Assembly: GCA_040769125.1 (NCBI GenBank)
Contig: JAXGLO010000001.1
Coordinates: 807,537 to 871,536, forward strand
From: Thermoleophilia bacterium
GTDB lineage: Bacteria; Actinomycetota; Thermoleophilia; UBA2241
Reading direction: 5' to 3'
DNA: 64,000 nucleotides
Shown: in pieces, positions 20,749 through 30,900 of the stretch
How positions within the stretch are numbered: the stretch's first letter is position 1
Layout of the letters: every line of letters begins with the position of its first letter
The notes under the pieces: generated by a model
What the model was told of the DNA's origin: nothing
Databases searched by the model: none
What the model saw: only the letters and a program-made list of their open reading frames with translations
Position numbers and translations under genes: made by a program

Positions 20749-23451
20749 GTGAACCCCAAATCCACATCCACAGGGTCCAATGCTCGCTATCCCACGGGGC
20801 CCAATGCCCGCCATCCCACAGGGCTCAGCGCCCGCCACTTGCTGCTGCTGCTGCTGCTGGTCCTCTCCTGCCTTCTCCTGCTGCTCGTCGCCGCCTCGCC
20901 CGCCGCCGCCATCGTCGCCGGCTGGAGCTGGCAGAATCCATTGCCGCAGGGGAATAGCCTCAACGCCGTCGCCTGCGCCGACAAATCCCGTGCCTTCGCG
21001 GTCGGAGATGACGGCACCATCCTCGCGACCGCCGACGGCGGCAAAAGCTGGACGCCGCAGATCTCGGGGACGACGGCGTACCTCACCGCCGTCGCCTGCG
21101 CCGACGAATCTCACGCTTTCGCGGTCGGATACGATAACGACACGTATGAGGGCCTCATCCTCGCGACCAGCAACGGCGGCCAGAGCTGGACGAGGCAGAC
21201 CTCGGGGACGACTCATTACCTCACCGCCGTCACTTGCGTCGACGAATCCCACGTCTTCGCAGTCGGATATGGCGGCACCATCCTCGCGACCAGCAACGGC
21301 GGCCAGAGCTGGACGAGGCAGACCTCGGGGACGATGGACTCCCTCTTCGCCGTCGCCTTCACCGACGCAAGCCACGGCTGGACGGTCGGCTCCTTCGGCA
21401 CCATCCTCGCGACCACCGACGGCGGCGCGAGCTGGACGGAGCAGACCTCGGGGACGATGAAATACCTCACCGCCGTCACCTGTGCCAACGCAACGCGCGC
21501 CTTCGCGGTCGGAGATGAGGGCGCGATCCTGGCGACCACCAACGGCGGCAAGAGCTGGAAGAAGCAGAGCGCGGGAACGACGAGCCCCCTGCGCGCCGTC
21601 ACCTGTGCCAACGCAACGCGCGCCTTCGCGGTCGGAGATGAGGGCACGATCCTGGCGACCACCAACGGCGGCCAGAGCTGGAAGAAGCAAGGCGCGGGAA
21701 CGACGAACTCCCTGCGCGCCGTCGCCTGCGCCGATGCATCTCGCGCCTTCGCGGTCGGATATGGCGGCACGATCCGCGCGACCACCAACGGTGGCAAGAG
21801 CTGGAAGGCGCAGAGTTCGGGGACGACAAGCTCGCTCTACGGTGTCGCCTGCGCCGATGCATCACGCGCCTTCGCGGTCGGAGCCAATGGCACGATCCTG
21901 GCGACCACCAACGGCGGCCAGAGCTGGAAGAAGCAGGGCGCGGGAACGACGAACTCCCTGCGCGCCGTCGCCTGCGCCGATGCATCTCGCGCCTTCGCGG
22001 TCGGATATGGCGGCACGATCCGCGCGACCACCAACGGTGGCAAGAGCTGGAAGGCGCAGAGTTCGGGGACGACAAGCTCGCTCTACGGTGTCGCCTGCGC
22101 CGATGCATCACGCGCCTTCGCGGTCGGAGCCAATGGCACGATCCTGGCGACCACCAACGGCGGCCAGAGCTGGAAGAAGCAGGGCGCGGGAACGACGAAC
22201 TCCCTGCGCGCCGTCGCCTGCGCCGATGCATCTCGCGCCTTCGCGGTCGGATATGGCGGCACGATCCGCGCGACCACCAACGGTGGCAAGAGCTGGAAGG
22301 CGCAGAGTTCGGGGACGACAAGCTCGCTCTACGGTGTCGCCTGCGCCGATGCATCACGCGCCTTCGCGGTCGGAGCCAATGGCACGATCCTGGCGACCAC
22401 CAACGGCGGCCAGAGCTGGAAGAAGCAGGGCGCGGGAACGACGAACTCCCTGCGCGCCGTCGCCTGCGCCGATGCATCTCGCGCCTTCGCGGTCGGATAT
22501 GGCGGCACGATCCGCGCGACCACCAACGGTGGCAAGAGCTGGAAGGCGCAGAGTTCGGGGACGACAAGCTCGCTCTACGGTGTCGCCTGCGCCGATGCAT
22601 CACGCGCCTTCGCGGTCGGAGCCAATGGCACGATCCTGGCGACCACCAACGGCGGCCAGAGCTGGAAGAAGCAGGGCGCGGGAACGACGAACTCCCTGCG
22701 CGCCGTCGCCTGCGCCGATGCATCTCGCGCCTTCGCGGTCGGATATGGCGGCACGATCCGCGCGACCACCAACGGTGGCAAGAGCTGGAAGGCGCAGAGC
22801 TCGGGGACGACGACCTGCCTCTACGGTGTCGCCTGCGCCGATGCATCCCACGCCTTCGCGGTCGGAGATGAGGGCGCGATCCTGGCGACCACCGACGGCG
22901 GCAAGAGCTGGAAGGCGCAGAGCTCGGGGACGACGCATGCCCTCAACGGCATCGCCTGCGTCGACAAATCCCACGCCTTCGCGGTCGGATACGATCGCGA
23001 CACGTATGAGGGCATCATCCTCGCAACCACCGACGGCGGCAAGAGTTGGACCGCGCAGAGCTCGGGGGTGTCGCAAACCCTCTACGGCATCGCCTGCGCC
23101 GACAAAACCCACGCTTTCGCGGTCGGTTATAAGGGCACCATCCTCGCGACCGCGGATGGCGGCAAGAGCTGGACGGCGAAGATCTCGGGGACGATGAACA
23201 CTCTCTACGCCGTCGCCTGCGCCGACGCATCTCACGCCTTCGCCGTCGGGCATGAGGGCACGATCCTGGCGACCACCAATGGCGGCGAGAGCTGGACGGA
23301 GGAGCACTACGCGGTGACGAATAACATCCTCACCGCCGCCACCCGCGCCGACGAATCCCACGCTTTCGCGGTCGGATACGGCGGCATGATCCTGGCGATG
23401 GCCGGCCCGGATGCTCTCACGAGCTCTCCTCGACCGGCAGCCTCGCCGTGA
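20749..23451 (+). CDS. secreted BNR/Ycf48-like beta-propeller repeat protein, paralog 4 (about 20 blades, C-terminal domain missing)
   Basis: GTG 20749 in the conserved leader (track ORF starts at 20716). Signal peptide preceded by a polymorphic-looking LLLLLL tract. Ends ...MILAMAGPDALTSSPRPAASP* without the conserved C-terminal domain. Confidence 0.8.
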   Translation: MNPKSTSTGSNARYPTGPNARHPTGLSARHLLLLLLLVLSCLLLLLVAASPAAAIVAGWSWQNPLPQGNSLNAVACADKSRAFAVGDDGTILATADGGKSWTPQISGTTAYLTAVACADESHAFAVGYDNDTYEGLILATSNGGQSWTRQTSGTTHYLTAVTCVDESHVFAVGYGGTILATSNGGQSWTRQTSGTMDSLFAVAFTDASHGWTVGSFGTILATTDGGASWTEQTSGTMKYLTAVTCANATRAFAVGDEGAILATTNGGKSWKKQSAGTTSPLRAVTCANATRAFAVGDEGTILATTNGGQSWKKQGAGTTNSLRAVACADASRAFAVGYGGTIRATTNGGKSWKAQSSGTTSSLYGVACADASRAFAVGANGTILATTNGGQSWKKQGAGTTNSLRAVACADASRAFAVGYGGTIRATTNGGKSWKAQSSGTTSSLYGVACADASRAFAVGANGTILATTNGGQSWKKQGAGTTNSLRAVACADASRAFAVGYGGTIRATTNGGKSWKAQSSGTTSSLYGVACADASRAFAVGANGTILATTNGGQSWKKQGAGTTNSLRAVACADASRAFAVGYGGTIRATTNGGKSWKAQSSGTTSSLYGVACADASRAFAVGANGTILATTNGGQSWKKQGAGTTNSLRAVACADASRAFAVGYGGTIRATTNGGKSWKAQSSGTTTCLYGVACADASHAFAVGDEGAILATTDGGKSWKAQSSGTTHALNGIACVDKSHAFAVGYDRDTYEGIILATTDGGKSWTAQSSGVSQTLYGIACADKTHAFAVGYKGTILATADGGKSWTAKISGTMNTLYAVACADASHAFAVGHEGTILATTNGGESWTEEHYAVTNNILTAATRADESHAFAVGYGGMILAMAGPDALTSSPRPAASP
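21650..22860 (+). repeat. Intragenic perfect tandem repeat, 246-nt unit (two blades, 82 aa), about 5 copies
   Basis: Four identical antisense ORFs (21837, 22083, 22329, 22575) spaced exactly 246 nt apart. The protein shows TNGGQSWKKQGAGTTNSLRAVACADASRAFAVGYGGTIRATTNGGKSWKAQSSGTTSSLYGVACADASRAFAVGANGTILAT x5. Confidence 0.85.
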
Positions 23452-23545
23452 ATGACAGGATCGCCTGGAAGATAACCAGCCGGACGGTCAAGATAACAGT
23501 CACAGCCCAGGGCGGCGCGGCTCGACGTCGCACGTTCGAGCTGCG
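23448..23545 (+). pseudogene. Decayed remnant of the conserved C-terminal domain of paralog 4
   Basis: Out-of-frame ...RIAWKITSRTVKITVTAQGG... matches KVGWKRTNQIVKITAQGG of paralog 3. Similarity ends abruptly, indicating a deletion. Confidence 0.45.
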
Positions 23546-23578
23546 GCCGGCCTGGCGTGAGGGCATCTCGGCGACTCG

Positions 23579-24457
23579 GTGTGGGGAGGAGGCGTGGTGG
23601 AAGCGGGCAGAGTTGGATGCTTCATCGGGCTTACGACCACCGATCTCATCTACCGTCTTGAGCGGCGCCTCCGGCCCGACGAGAAGATGGAGGCCGAGGA
23701 GGTCTGGATGGGCGCCGGCGGTCCTGCCGCGAACGCGGCCGCGACCTTCGCGCTCCTCGGCGGCACCGCGCACCTCGTCACTGCCGTGGGCGACAGCCCC
23801 TGGGCGCCCACGGCGGTCGGCGACCTCGAGGCGTGCGGTGTACGCATCCACGATCGGGCGCTTTCGGGGTCGCTTCCCGTATCCAGCGTGCTGCTGCCGG
23901 GGCCGGGCGAGCGCCAGGTAGTGTCCGCCAACCGGCGTTTCATCCGGGTGTCGACGGGGCCGCCGCCCGGTCTCCCCGAGGATGTGGATATCTTCATGGT
24001 CGACGCTCACTTCCCCGAGCTCGTGCGCAGCTTGCTGGTGCGCGCGGAGGCTCCCGTCGTCTTCGATCCGGGCAGCCCCAAGCCCGGCGTGGCGGCCGTG
24101 CTGCCGCTGGCGACGACGGTGGTGGGCTCCGCCATGTCGCGGCGCGATGACCCCGTGGAGCAGGTGCTCGACGAGTGGCGGCGGCTGGGCGTGCGGGAAT
24201 GCGCCGTCACCCGCGGCGCCCGCCCGATCCACGCCTTCGACGGCTCTCGTTTCGACGTTGCCGTGCCTGCCGTGCCCGCCGTCGATACGCTGGGCGCCGG
24301 CGACGTGCTGCACGGCGCGCTCGCCTATGGTCTCGCCGCAGGCTGCGGCTTCCGGCAGGCGCTGCGTACGGCGGCAGGTGTCGCCGCGGAGTCGTGCCGC
24401 TACCTCGGTCCACGGCGCGGCGTGGAGGCATGCGGCGGGACCTTATTTCCCGTATAA
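23579..24457 (+). CDS. PfkB-family carbohydrate/ribokinase-like kinase
   Basis: C-terminal DTLGAGDVLHGALAYGL (PfkB signature 2) and N-terminal ribokinase-like beta strand. Confidence 0.75.
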   Translation: MWGGGVVEAGRVGCFIGLTTTDLIYRLERRLRPDEKMEAEEVWMGAGGPAANAAATFALLGGTAHLVTAVGDSPWAPTAVGDLEACGVRIHDRALSGSLPVSSVLLPGPGERQVVSANRRFIRVSTGPPPGLPEDVDIFMVDAHFPELVRSLLVRAEAPVVFDPGSPKPGVAAVLPLATTVVGSAMSRRDDPVEQVLDEWRRLGVRECAVTRGARPIHAFDGSRFDVAVPAVPAVDTLGAGDVLHGALAYGLAAGCGFRQALRTAAGVAAESCRYLGPRRGVEACGGTLFPV

Positions 24458-24654
24458 TTGCAGGGATAAGCGAGATCGTCGCAGCCTCCGGTCTCCCCAT
24501 GTGAGCTCCGTTCTGTCATGCCCTCGAGGCGTGGTCTGGGGCGCTGTGGGCAGGCCGGGCGCGTACCTAGAAGTGTCGCCTCCCTCCTCGCCGAGGGCGT
24601 GCCGCGGAAGCCGGCCGCAAGGGCACCCACCACGGATTCTGGAGGGCAGAGACG

Positions 24655-25140
24655 GTGTATTCGGTCGGAGACAAGGTCGTGTGCGCGTCCCATGGCGCCG
24701 GCAAGATCGTGAGCGTTGAGCAGAGGCAGACGCTCGGCCGGTTGCGTGAGTACCTGGTCATCACTATCCCACACAGTCGCATGACGGTCATGATCCCAGT
24801 GGAGAACGCGGAGTTCCGCCTGCGCAAGGTCATCTCCGCCGGTGCGGTCGAGGAGGTGCTCGGTATCCTGCGTTGCGGCACCCTGAAGCTGCCTGAGAGA
24901 TGGCACGACCGCTCCAAGTGCATCCGTGAGAAGCTCGGTACCGGCGACATTCATGAGGTCGCCGAGGTCGTCCGGTACCTCGCCGTGCGCGACGCCGACA
25001 AGGGTCTCGCCCTCGGTGAGAGGCAGCTCTACAAGAAGGCCAAGGGGATCCTCGCCAGCGAGATCATGTACGCTCGCGACCTCAGCGCCGTGGAAGCAGC
25101 AGCGCTCGTCGAGAATGTGCTCGGTGTCACGCACGTTTAG
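24655..25140 (+). CDS. carD: CarD/CdnL-family RNA-polymerase-binding transcription factor
   Basis: YSVGDKVVCASHGAGKIVSVEQRQTLGRLREYLVITI... CarD_CdnL_TRCF N-domain plus helical C-domain, about 160 aa. GTG start. Confidence 0.85.
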   Translation: MYSVGDKVVCASHGAGKIVSVEQRQTLGRLREYLVITIPHSRMTVMIPVENAEFRLRKVISAGAVEEVLGILRCGTLKLPERWHDRSKCIREKLGTGDIHEVAEVVRYLAVRDADKGLALGERQLYKKAKGILASEIMYARDLSAVEAAALVENVLGVTHV

Positions 25141-25252
25141 AGGCCGGCGCGCGGGGTACCGCCTCACCTCTGCTCTGCGCTAAGGTTCAGCGGGCAACTG
25201 CCGTCGCGCTGCTCTTGGCCAGGCCGCTCAGCATGCCCTGTGAGGTGACGCA

Positions 25253-26644
25253 ATGATCGAGACGCATCTGCGTAAATGGTGCCAGACGGTCAAGCTCGGG
25301 CTGGTCAAGGTGATGTGCGACCTGTTCCCCGAGGAGACCTTCAAGACGTCCTACTCGATTCTCGAAGGCGTCTTCTGCAATCTGGACGGCTCCATCCTCT
25401 CCACCCGTGAGGTAAAGCGGATCGACGACGAGCTCAGGCGGTGGATAGCGAGGGATACTCCGATCCGGGAGCTTGGCAGGCGCGACGGCTATTACCACTA
25501 CGAGGTGGAGGGCTGTGAGGTCAGAGCCGTCTATCCGGCGCTCCTGCAGCCCTCGATGGTGGAGTCCTGTGCGATCATCCCGTTCTCCTACGGCTTCATC
25601 GTCGATTTCGGCGACATGGGGCGGGGGGAGGGCGTGCCACTGATCCTGCCGCTTCGTCTCTCGGAGGCGCACGAGGAGAACCAGCTCTGGCTGGACAGGA
25701 TCGACATCGAGGAGGTCGCCGACGTCAACGACCTGATCTCCAGCGGTCGCCATCTGAAGCTCATCGGCCTCGCCGAGGCCTTCCACGAGAAGCGCATCTC
25801 CGACATCGCCGACCAGATCCTGCGGCAGCGCCGCGCACTGCGTGTGCTGCTCATCTCCGGCCCTTCCTCGTCCGGGAAGACCTCCTTCCTGCAGCGGTTG
25901 TGCACGCAGCTCGAGGTCAACGGGCTGCGCCCGGTCGGCCTCTCGCTCGACGACTACTTCCTCGATCGGGAGCAGACCCCGCGGGGCGCCGACGGCGACT
26001 ACGATTTCGAGACCTTCGAGGCCCTCGATGTCCCGCTGCTCCAGCGTCATGTGAGTCGGCTCGTTGCCGGGGGCGCCGTGGAGGTACCTTCCTTCGACTT
26101 CGTAGTCGGCAAGCGCACGGGCCAGACGAGCCCCCTGCGGGTGGGCGCCAGGGAGATTCTGGTCATCGAGGGCATCCACGCGCTCAACCCCGATCTCGTC
26201 GGCGACATCAACCGCAGCTCCCTCTTCAAGATCTACGTGAGCGCGCTGGGCGGGCTCAACATCGATATGGTCAACCGCATCCCGACGACCGAGATGCGGC
26301 TCCTGCGCCGGTTGGTGCGGGACGTCAGGGACCGGGGAATCTCTGCGGAGGAGACGATCACGAGGTGGGGCAGTGTACGCCGCGGCGAGTACGAGCACGT
26401 CTTCCGCTTCCAGGAGGACGCCGACGTGATGTTCAACTCTAGCCTGTTGTACGAGCTCAACGCCCTGAGGCCGCTCGCGGAGGGCGTGCTGGGGGAGTTG
26501 CCGGAAGACAGTCCGGCCGCCGAAACGGGGGAGAGGCTGCTGAATCTGCTTACGTTTTTCGACCCGATCAACGTCTCGAAGGTCCCGTTCAACTCGATCC
26601 TGAGGGAGTTCATCGGCGGCAGCATCTACTTCGATGCGAGATGA
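25253..26644 (+). CDS. uridine kinase / phosphoribulokinase-family P-loop nucleoside kinase with N-terminal extension
   Basis: P-loop LLISGPSSSGKTSFLQRL, downstream VIEGIHALNP motif of the UDK/PRK family, about 460 aa. Confidence 0.65.
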   Translation: MIETHLRKWCQTVKLGLVKVMCDLFPEETFKTSYSILEGVFCNLDGSILSTREVKRIDDELRRWIARDTPIRELGRRDGYYHYEVEGCEVRAVYPALLQPSMVESCAIIPFSYGFIVDFGDMGRGEGVPLILPLRLSEAHEENQLWLDRIDIEEVADVNDLISSGRHLKLIGLAEAFHEKRISDIADQILRQRRALRVLLISGPSSSGKTSFLQRLCTQLEVNGLRPVGLSLDDYFLDREQTPRGADGDYDFETFEALDVPLLQRHVSRLVAGGAVEVPSFDFVVGKRTGQTSPLRVGAREILVIEGIHALNPDLVGDINRSSLFKIYVSALGGLNIDMVNRIPTTEMRLLRRLVRDVRDRGISAEETITRWGSVRRGEYEHVFRFQEDADVMFNSSLLYELNALRPLAEGVLGELPEDSPAAETGERLLNLLTFFDPINVSKVPFNSILREFIGGSIYFDAR

Positions 26645-26693
26645 CGGCGGCACGACGCGCGAGCCCGGAGGGGCGCGACGACCGAGGGAGTCC

Positions 26694-27311
26694 ATGATGC
26701 GATTGAAGATCGGGGTCCTTATCTCGGGGAGCGGTACGAATCTGCAGGCGATCATCGACCGGATCGCTGCGGGAGGCCTTGACGCCGAGATCACCGTAGT
26801 GATCTCCAGCAAGCCTGGCGCGTACGGGTTGCAGCGTGCCCGGGAGGCGGGCGTGCCCGCCGTGGCGCTGGAGCCTGCCGGCTTCGACGGGCCGGCCGCC
26901 TACAACGCGGCGCTCGCGAAGACCCTCAGGGAGGCAGGAGCGCAGCTCGTTGTGATGGCCGGGTACATGCGCCTGCTCGGCGCCGAGGTTCTCGAGGCCT
27001 ACCCGGACCGCGTCATCAATCTGCATCCGGCGCTGCTGCCGTCGTTCAAGGGCGAGCAGGGGATACGGGATGCGTTCGACTACGGCGTGAAGGTCACGGG
27101 AGTGACCGTGCACTTCGCCGACGGCTCCTACGACACGGGCGCCATCATCGCCCAGCGCCCGGTGGTGGTCGAGGAGGGGGACACGGTCGAGACGCTCGAG
27201 GCGCGGATCCACGCCGTCGAGCACGAGCTGCTGCCCGAAGTGATCGGGCTGATCGCGGAGGGTCGCGTCAGCCGCGAAGGCCATCGCGTGCGCATCGCGC
27301 CCAAGGCCTGA
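26694..27311 (+). CDS. purN: phosphoribosylglycinamide formyltransferase
   Basis: KIGVLISGSGTNLQAIID ... NLHPALLPSFKG ... formyl-transferase fold. ATG 26694 (track ORF begins 26634). Confidence 0.88.
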   Translation: MMRLKIGVLISGSGTNLQAIIDRIAAGGLDAEITVVISSKPGAYGLQRAREAGVPAVALEPAGFDGPAAYNAALAKTLREAGAQLVVMAGYMRLLGAEVLEAYPDRVINLHPALLPSFKGEQGIRDAFDYGVKVTGVTVHFADGSYDTGAIIAQRPVVVEEGDTVETLEARIHAVEHELLPEVIGLIAEGRVSREGHRVRIAPKA

Positions 27312-27328
27312 GCCGGCGCTGCGGGGCG

Positions 27329-27922
27329 CTAGGCGTTCCAGTCGCCGCGGAAGCCGGCCACGAAGGCCCTGAAGACGGCTCGGTGCCGGCGGCGCAGCGC
27401 CTCTCGCTCCGGGCCTTCGTACAGCCTGTCGTACTCCGCCATCCCGTGCGCGAGGGCCCAGGCCGCGTGCAGGATCGCGAAGAGATCCTGGTCGTCGCGG
27501 GCGGTCAGCGCGCCGCTGGCGTGCGCCGACTCGGCCAGGCGGAACATGCGGGCCACGAACTCGTTGGGCCGTCGCGCCGCGCGGAAGTTGGGGGCGATGA
27601 TGGCGGCGGTCGTGAGCAGCAACCCCCGCTCGCCGGGGTGTATAGAGGCGTAGTCGAGGTAGGCAAGGCACATCTCTACAAGCTGCTCGTCGGGAGGCAG
27701 ATCGTCGGGGACGCTGCGCATGTGCGCGCCGAGGCGCTCGAGTCCGCGCTCCGCGAGGGCGTTGAAGATCTCCTGCTTGCTCGAGAAGTACCGGTAGAGG
27801 GACGCCGGGTTGCCGAAGCCGGCGCGCCTGGCCAGATCGTGGAGGTTGACGGCGTCGACGCCGCCCTCCGTGATGATCTCGGTCGTCGCGTCGAGGATCT
27901 CGTTGCGGGTGCGGGCGCGCAT
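27329..27922 (-). CDS. TetR-family transcriptional regulator
   Basis: MRARTRNEILDATTEIITEGGVDAVNLHDLARRAGFGNPASLYRYFSSKQEI: TetR HTH. It is the 3' part of a falsely long antisense ORF. Downstream of and co-oriented with the MMPL gene. Confidence 0.85.
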   Translation of the reverse strand: MRARTRNEILDATTEIITEGGVDAVNLHDLARRAGFGNPASLYRYFSSKQEIFNALAERGLERLGAHMRSVPDDLPPDEQLVEMCLAYLDYASIHPGERGLLLTTAAIIAPNFRAARRPNEFVARMFRLAESAHASGALTARDDQDLFAILHAAWALAHGMAEYDRLYEGPEREALRRRHRAVFRAFVAGFRGDWNA

Positions 27923-27945
27923 GGCCGCGCGTCGGCCGGCGCGCG

Positions 27946-30900
27946 TCACGTGGAGTCCTCGGAGGGCGCGCCGGCCTTCACCGCGTGGCCCTCGATGTGG
28001 ATGCGCGGCAGCCACTCGAGCCAGCGCGGCAGCCACCAGTAGCGGTCGCCGATCAGCGCGATGAGCGCCGGCGCCACGATCACGCGGATCATGAACGCGT
28101 CGAGCATGACGGCGACGGCGAGCCCGAAGCCCAGCTGCTGCAGCACCACGAGGTCGCCGCTGCCCATGCCGACGAAGACCGCCACCATGATCAGCGCCGC
28201 TCCCGTGATGATCCCTGCCGTGGACTGCAGGCCGAATACGACGGCGTCGTGGCTGTCGTGTCTCTCGGTCCAGCGCTCGCGGATGCGGCTCAGGAGGAAT
28301 ACCTGGTAGTCCATGCTGAGCCCGAAGAGCACGCAGAACATGAGCAGCGGCACCCACGACTCGATCGCCTCGACGGGCGTGATGCCGAGGAGCGCCGCGC
28401 CCCAGCCCCGCTGGAACACGAGCGTGAGCACGCCGTAGGCGGCGCCCACCGACAGCAGGTTCATGAGGATGGCTGTCAGGGACACGGCTATGGAGCGGAA
28501 GGCGAGGAGCAGGAGCACGAAGCTGAGGAGCAGCACAACGCCGATGACGATGGGCATGTACTCGGTCGTGATACTGAGGGAGTCGATCTGGGTGGCGGTG
28601 GCGCCCCCGACGTACACCTCGGCCGGGGCGTTCGCGAAGACCTCCGGCACGATCTCGTCCCTGAGGGCCGTGACGGCCGTCTCGGCCTCCTCCGACATCG
28701 CATCGGCATCCTGGACGGACTGCACGACGACGAGCTCTCCGTCGGCGCTCGTCGAGACGCCCGTAGGTGTGAAACGACCGTCGTCGGTGAGCTTCGTTGC
28801 CAGGCGCTTCAGCGCCCGCTGCACGCTTTTGTCGGCGACGTCGCCGGCGACGACTACGCTCACCGGCTCGCCCATGCCGGCGGCGAAGTCGCGCTGGAGC
28901 ATGTCGAGGCCGCGCTTGGATGTGTAGTGCGACGGGAATGAATCGGCGCTGAAGCCTCCGCTCTTCATCGTGAGAGCCGGCGCGGCGAGGGCGAGCAGCA
29001 AGACGCCGCCGATCGCGAGATTGAGCGCCGGGCGCCGCATCGTCCAGCGCGCAGCCTTGCTCCACCAGCTGCGCTCGGCGTCGCGTCGCTCGTAGCGGCG
29101 CAGCCACGGCATCGGCAATGCGTCCACCTTGTCGCCGAGGAGCGTGAGCAGGGCCGGCAGCAGTGTGAGCGCCGCCGCCACCGCGGTTGACGCGGCGGCC
29201 ATGGCTCCGACGCCGAGGCTGGTGAAGATCGAGAGCGGCACGATGAACATGCCGACCAGAGAGAGCACCACCGTCATGCCGCTGAAGAAGACCGCGTTCG
29301 AGGCCGTTGCCGACGTGGCGCCGATCGCCGCCACCTTGTCCAGCCCATCGCGCCGCTCTTCCCGGTACCTCGAGATGATGAACAGCGAGTAGTCGATGCC
29401 CAGGGCAAGCCCGGTGGCGGTAAGGATGTTGAGCGCGAAGATGGACAGATCGAAAACGTTGCCGACGAGCACCGTGAGCGCGAGGGCGACGAGGATCGAG
29501 AAGCCAGCGAGGAGCAGTGGCAGCCCGGCGGCGACGAGGGTGCCGAAGACGATCACGAGGATGATGAGCGCGACGGGGACGCCGATGAGCTCTCCGCGTT
29601 GCAGATCCTCGCCGGCGAGATGCTGGGCGTCGATGCTGAGCGAAGCCGCACCGGTGATCGCCGCCTCGAACTGAGGCTTCGCGTTCACCTGGTCGACGAG
29701 CCGGTGGAGTCCATCCAGATGGTTGACGGCTTCATCTACCGGGGAGGCCAGCTCCACCTTCATGATCACACTGTGCCGGTCGTCCGAGGTGAGCGCGTTG
29801 CGTGTTCTCTTGTCGAGGCCCTTGTCGTAAACGCACAGAACTTCCGCTACCTCGGAGGCGGGCAGGGCGGCGATTCGCTCGCGCAAGTCGACGACCTGAC
29901 GCCGGAACGCCGGATCGTCGACGGTGAGCTTGCTGCTGCGGACGACGACGACCTCGCTGACGTGATCGTTGAGTGTCCCGACGGAGGTCAGGGCGTCGCT
30001 CAGCTTCCCGGCGCCGCTGGAGGTGCGGGCGAGGCCCTTGCTGAGGCGGGTAGCGCCGGAGGCGACGCCGCCGGTGCCCGCCGCTACTTTTCCGGCGCCG
30101 GCGGCCGCTCCGCTCACGCCGGTGCTGACCTGGGCAGAGCCGGCGGCGAGCTGCTGCGAGCCGGCGGCGAGCTGCTGCGAGCCGGCGGCGGCCGAGGCGA
30201 CTCCGCCGGCGAGCTCCTGGCTTCCGGAGGCGAGCTTGCCCATGCTCTGGTCGAAGGTGCGCGCTCCCGATGCCGACTTCGCGAGGCCTGCTTCGAGCGC
30301 TTGCGCGCCGAAGGCGAGCTTCGACGCTCCGGAGGCGAGAGCTTTTGCGCCGCTCGCGACCGAGGAGACGCCGGCGGAGGCGGAGGCCAGCCCCGAGGCC
30401 AGCCCCGAGGTGCCGGCCGCCAGCTCTCCGGAGAGGCCGATGATCTGCTGGTAGGTTGCGTCTCCGGCGGCCTCCGGGTGTGCATTGGCGTAGGCGGCGA
30501 TCAGCGCTTGCAGGTTGCTGGCAGCGGCCTGGAGCCCGCCGGCGGCCGTGGCGGCGTCCTGGACACCGGCCGCCGCCGCTCCGGCGCCGCTGGCGAGGTC
30601 GCCGGCGCCGCCTGCGACATTCGCGGCGGCGGCGGACAGTTTCGCGCTGCCGCCGGAGAGCTTCGCCAGCCCGGCGGCGAAACCGCCGGTCGCGTTGCTG
30701 GCCTGCGCGATGCCCGAGCTCAGGCTCGCCGCTCCCTGTGCGGCGCCGGCGAGGCCCCGGCTCAGAGAGCCGGCCCCGGCGCCGGCCGAGCTGGCGCCGC
30801 CGCTCACCTGCTTCGCTCCCTTCGTCAGCTTGCGCAGCCCGCGCTCGAGCTCGCGTGCTCCAGATGAGAGCTTCCGTGATCCTCGGGCGAGCTTCCGGGC

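Noticed and set aside
12341-23451. CRISPR array or DGR as explanation for the periodic identical repeats
   Set aside because: Repeats are in-frame protein-coding blades of 123/246 nt without unique spacers. No cas genes or reverse transcriptase in the window.
25187-26812. 541-aa antisense ORF opposite the uridine-kinase-like and purN genes
   Set aside because: Spurious GC-frame ORF. The plus-strand genes carry P-loop and formyltransferase motifs.
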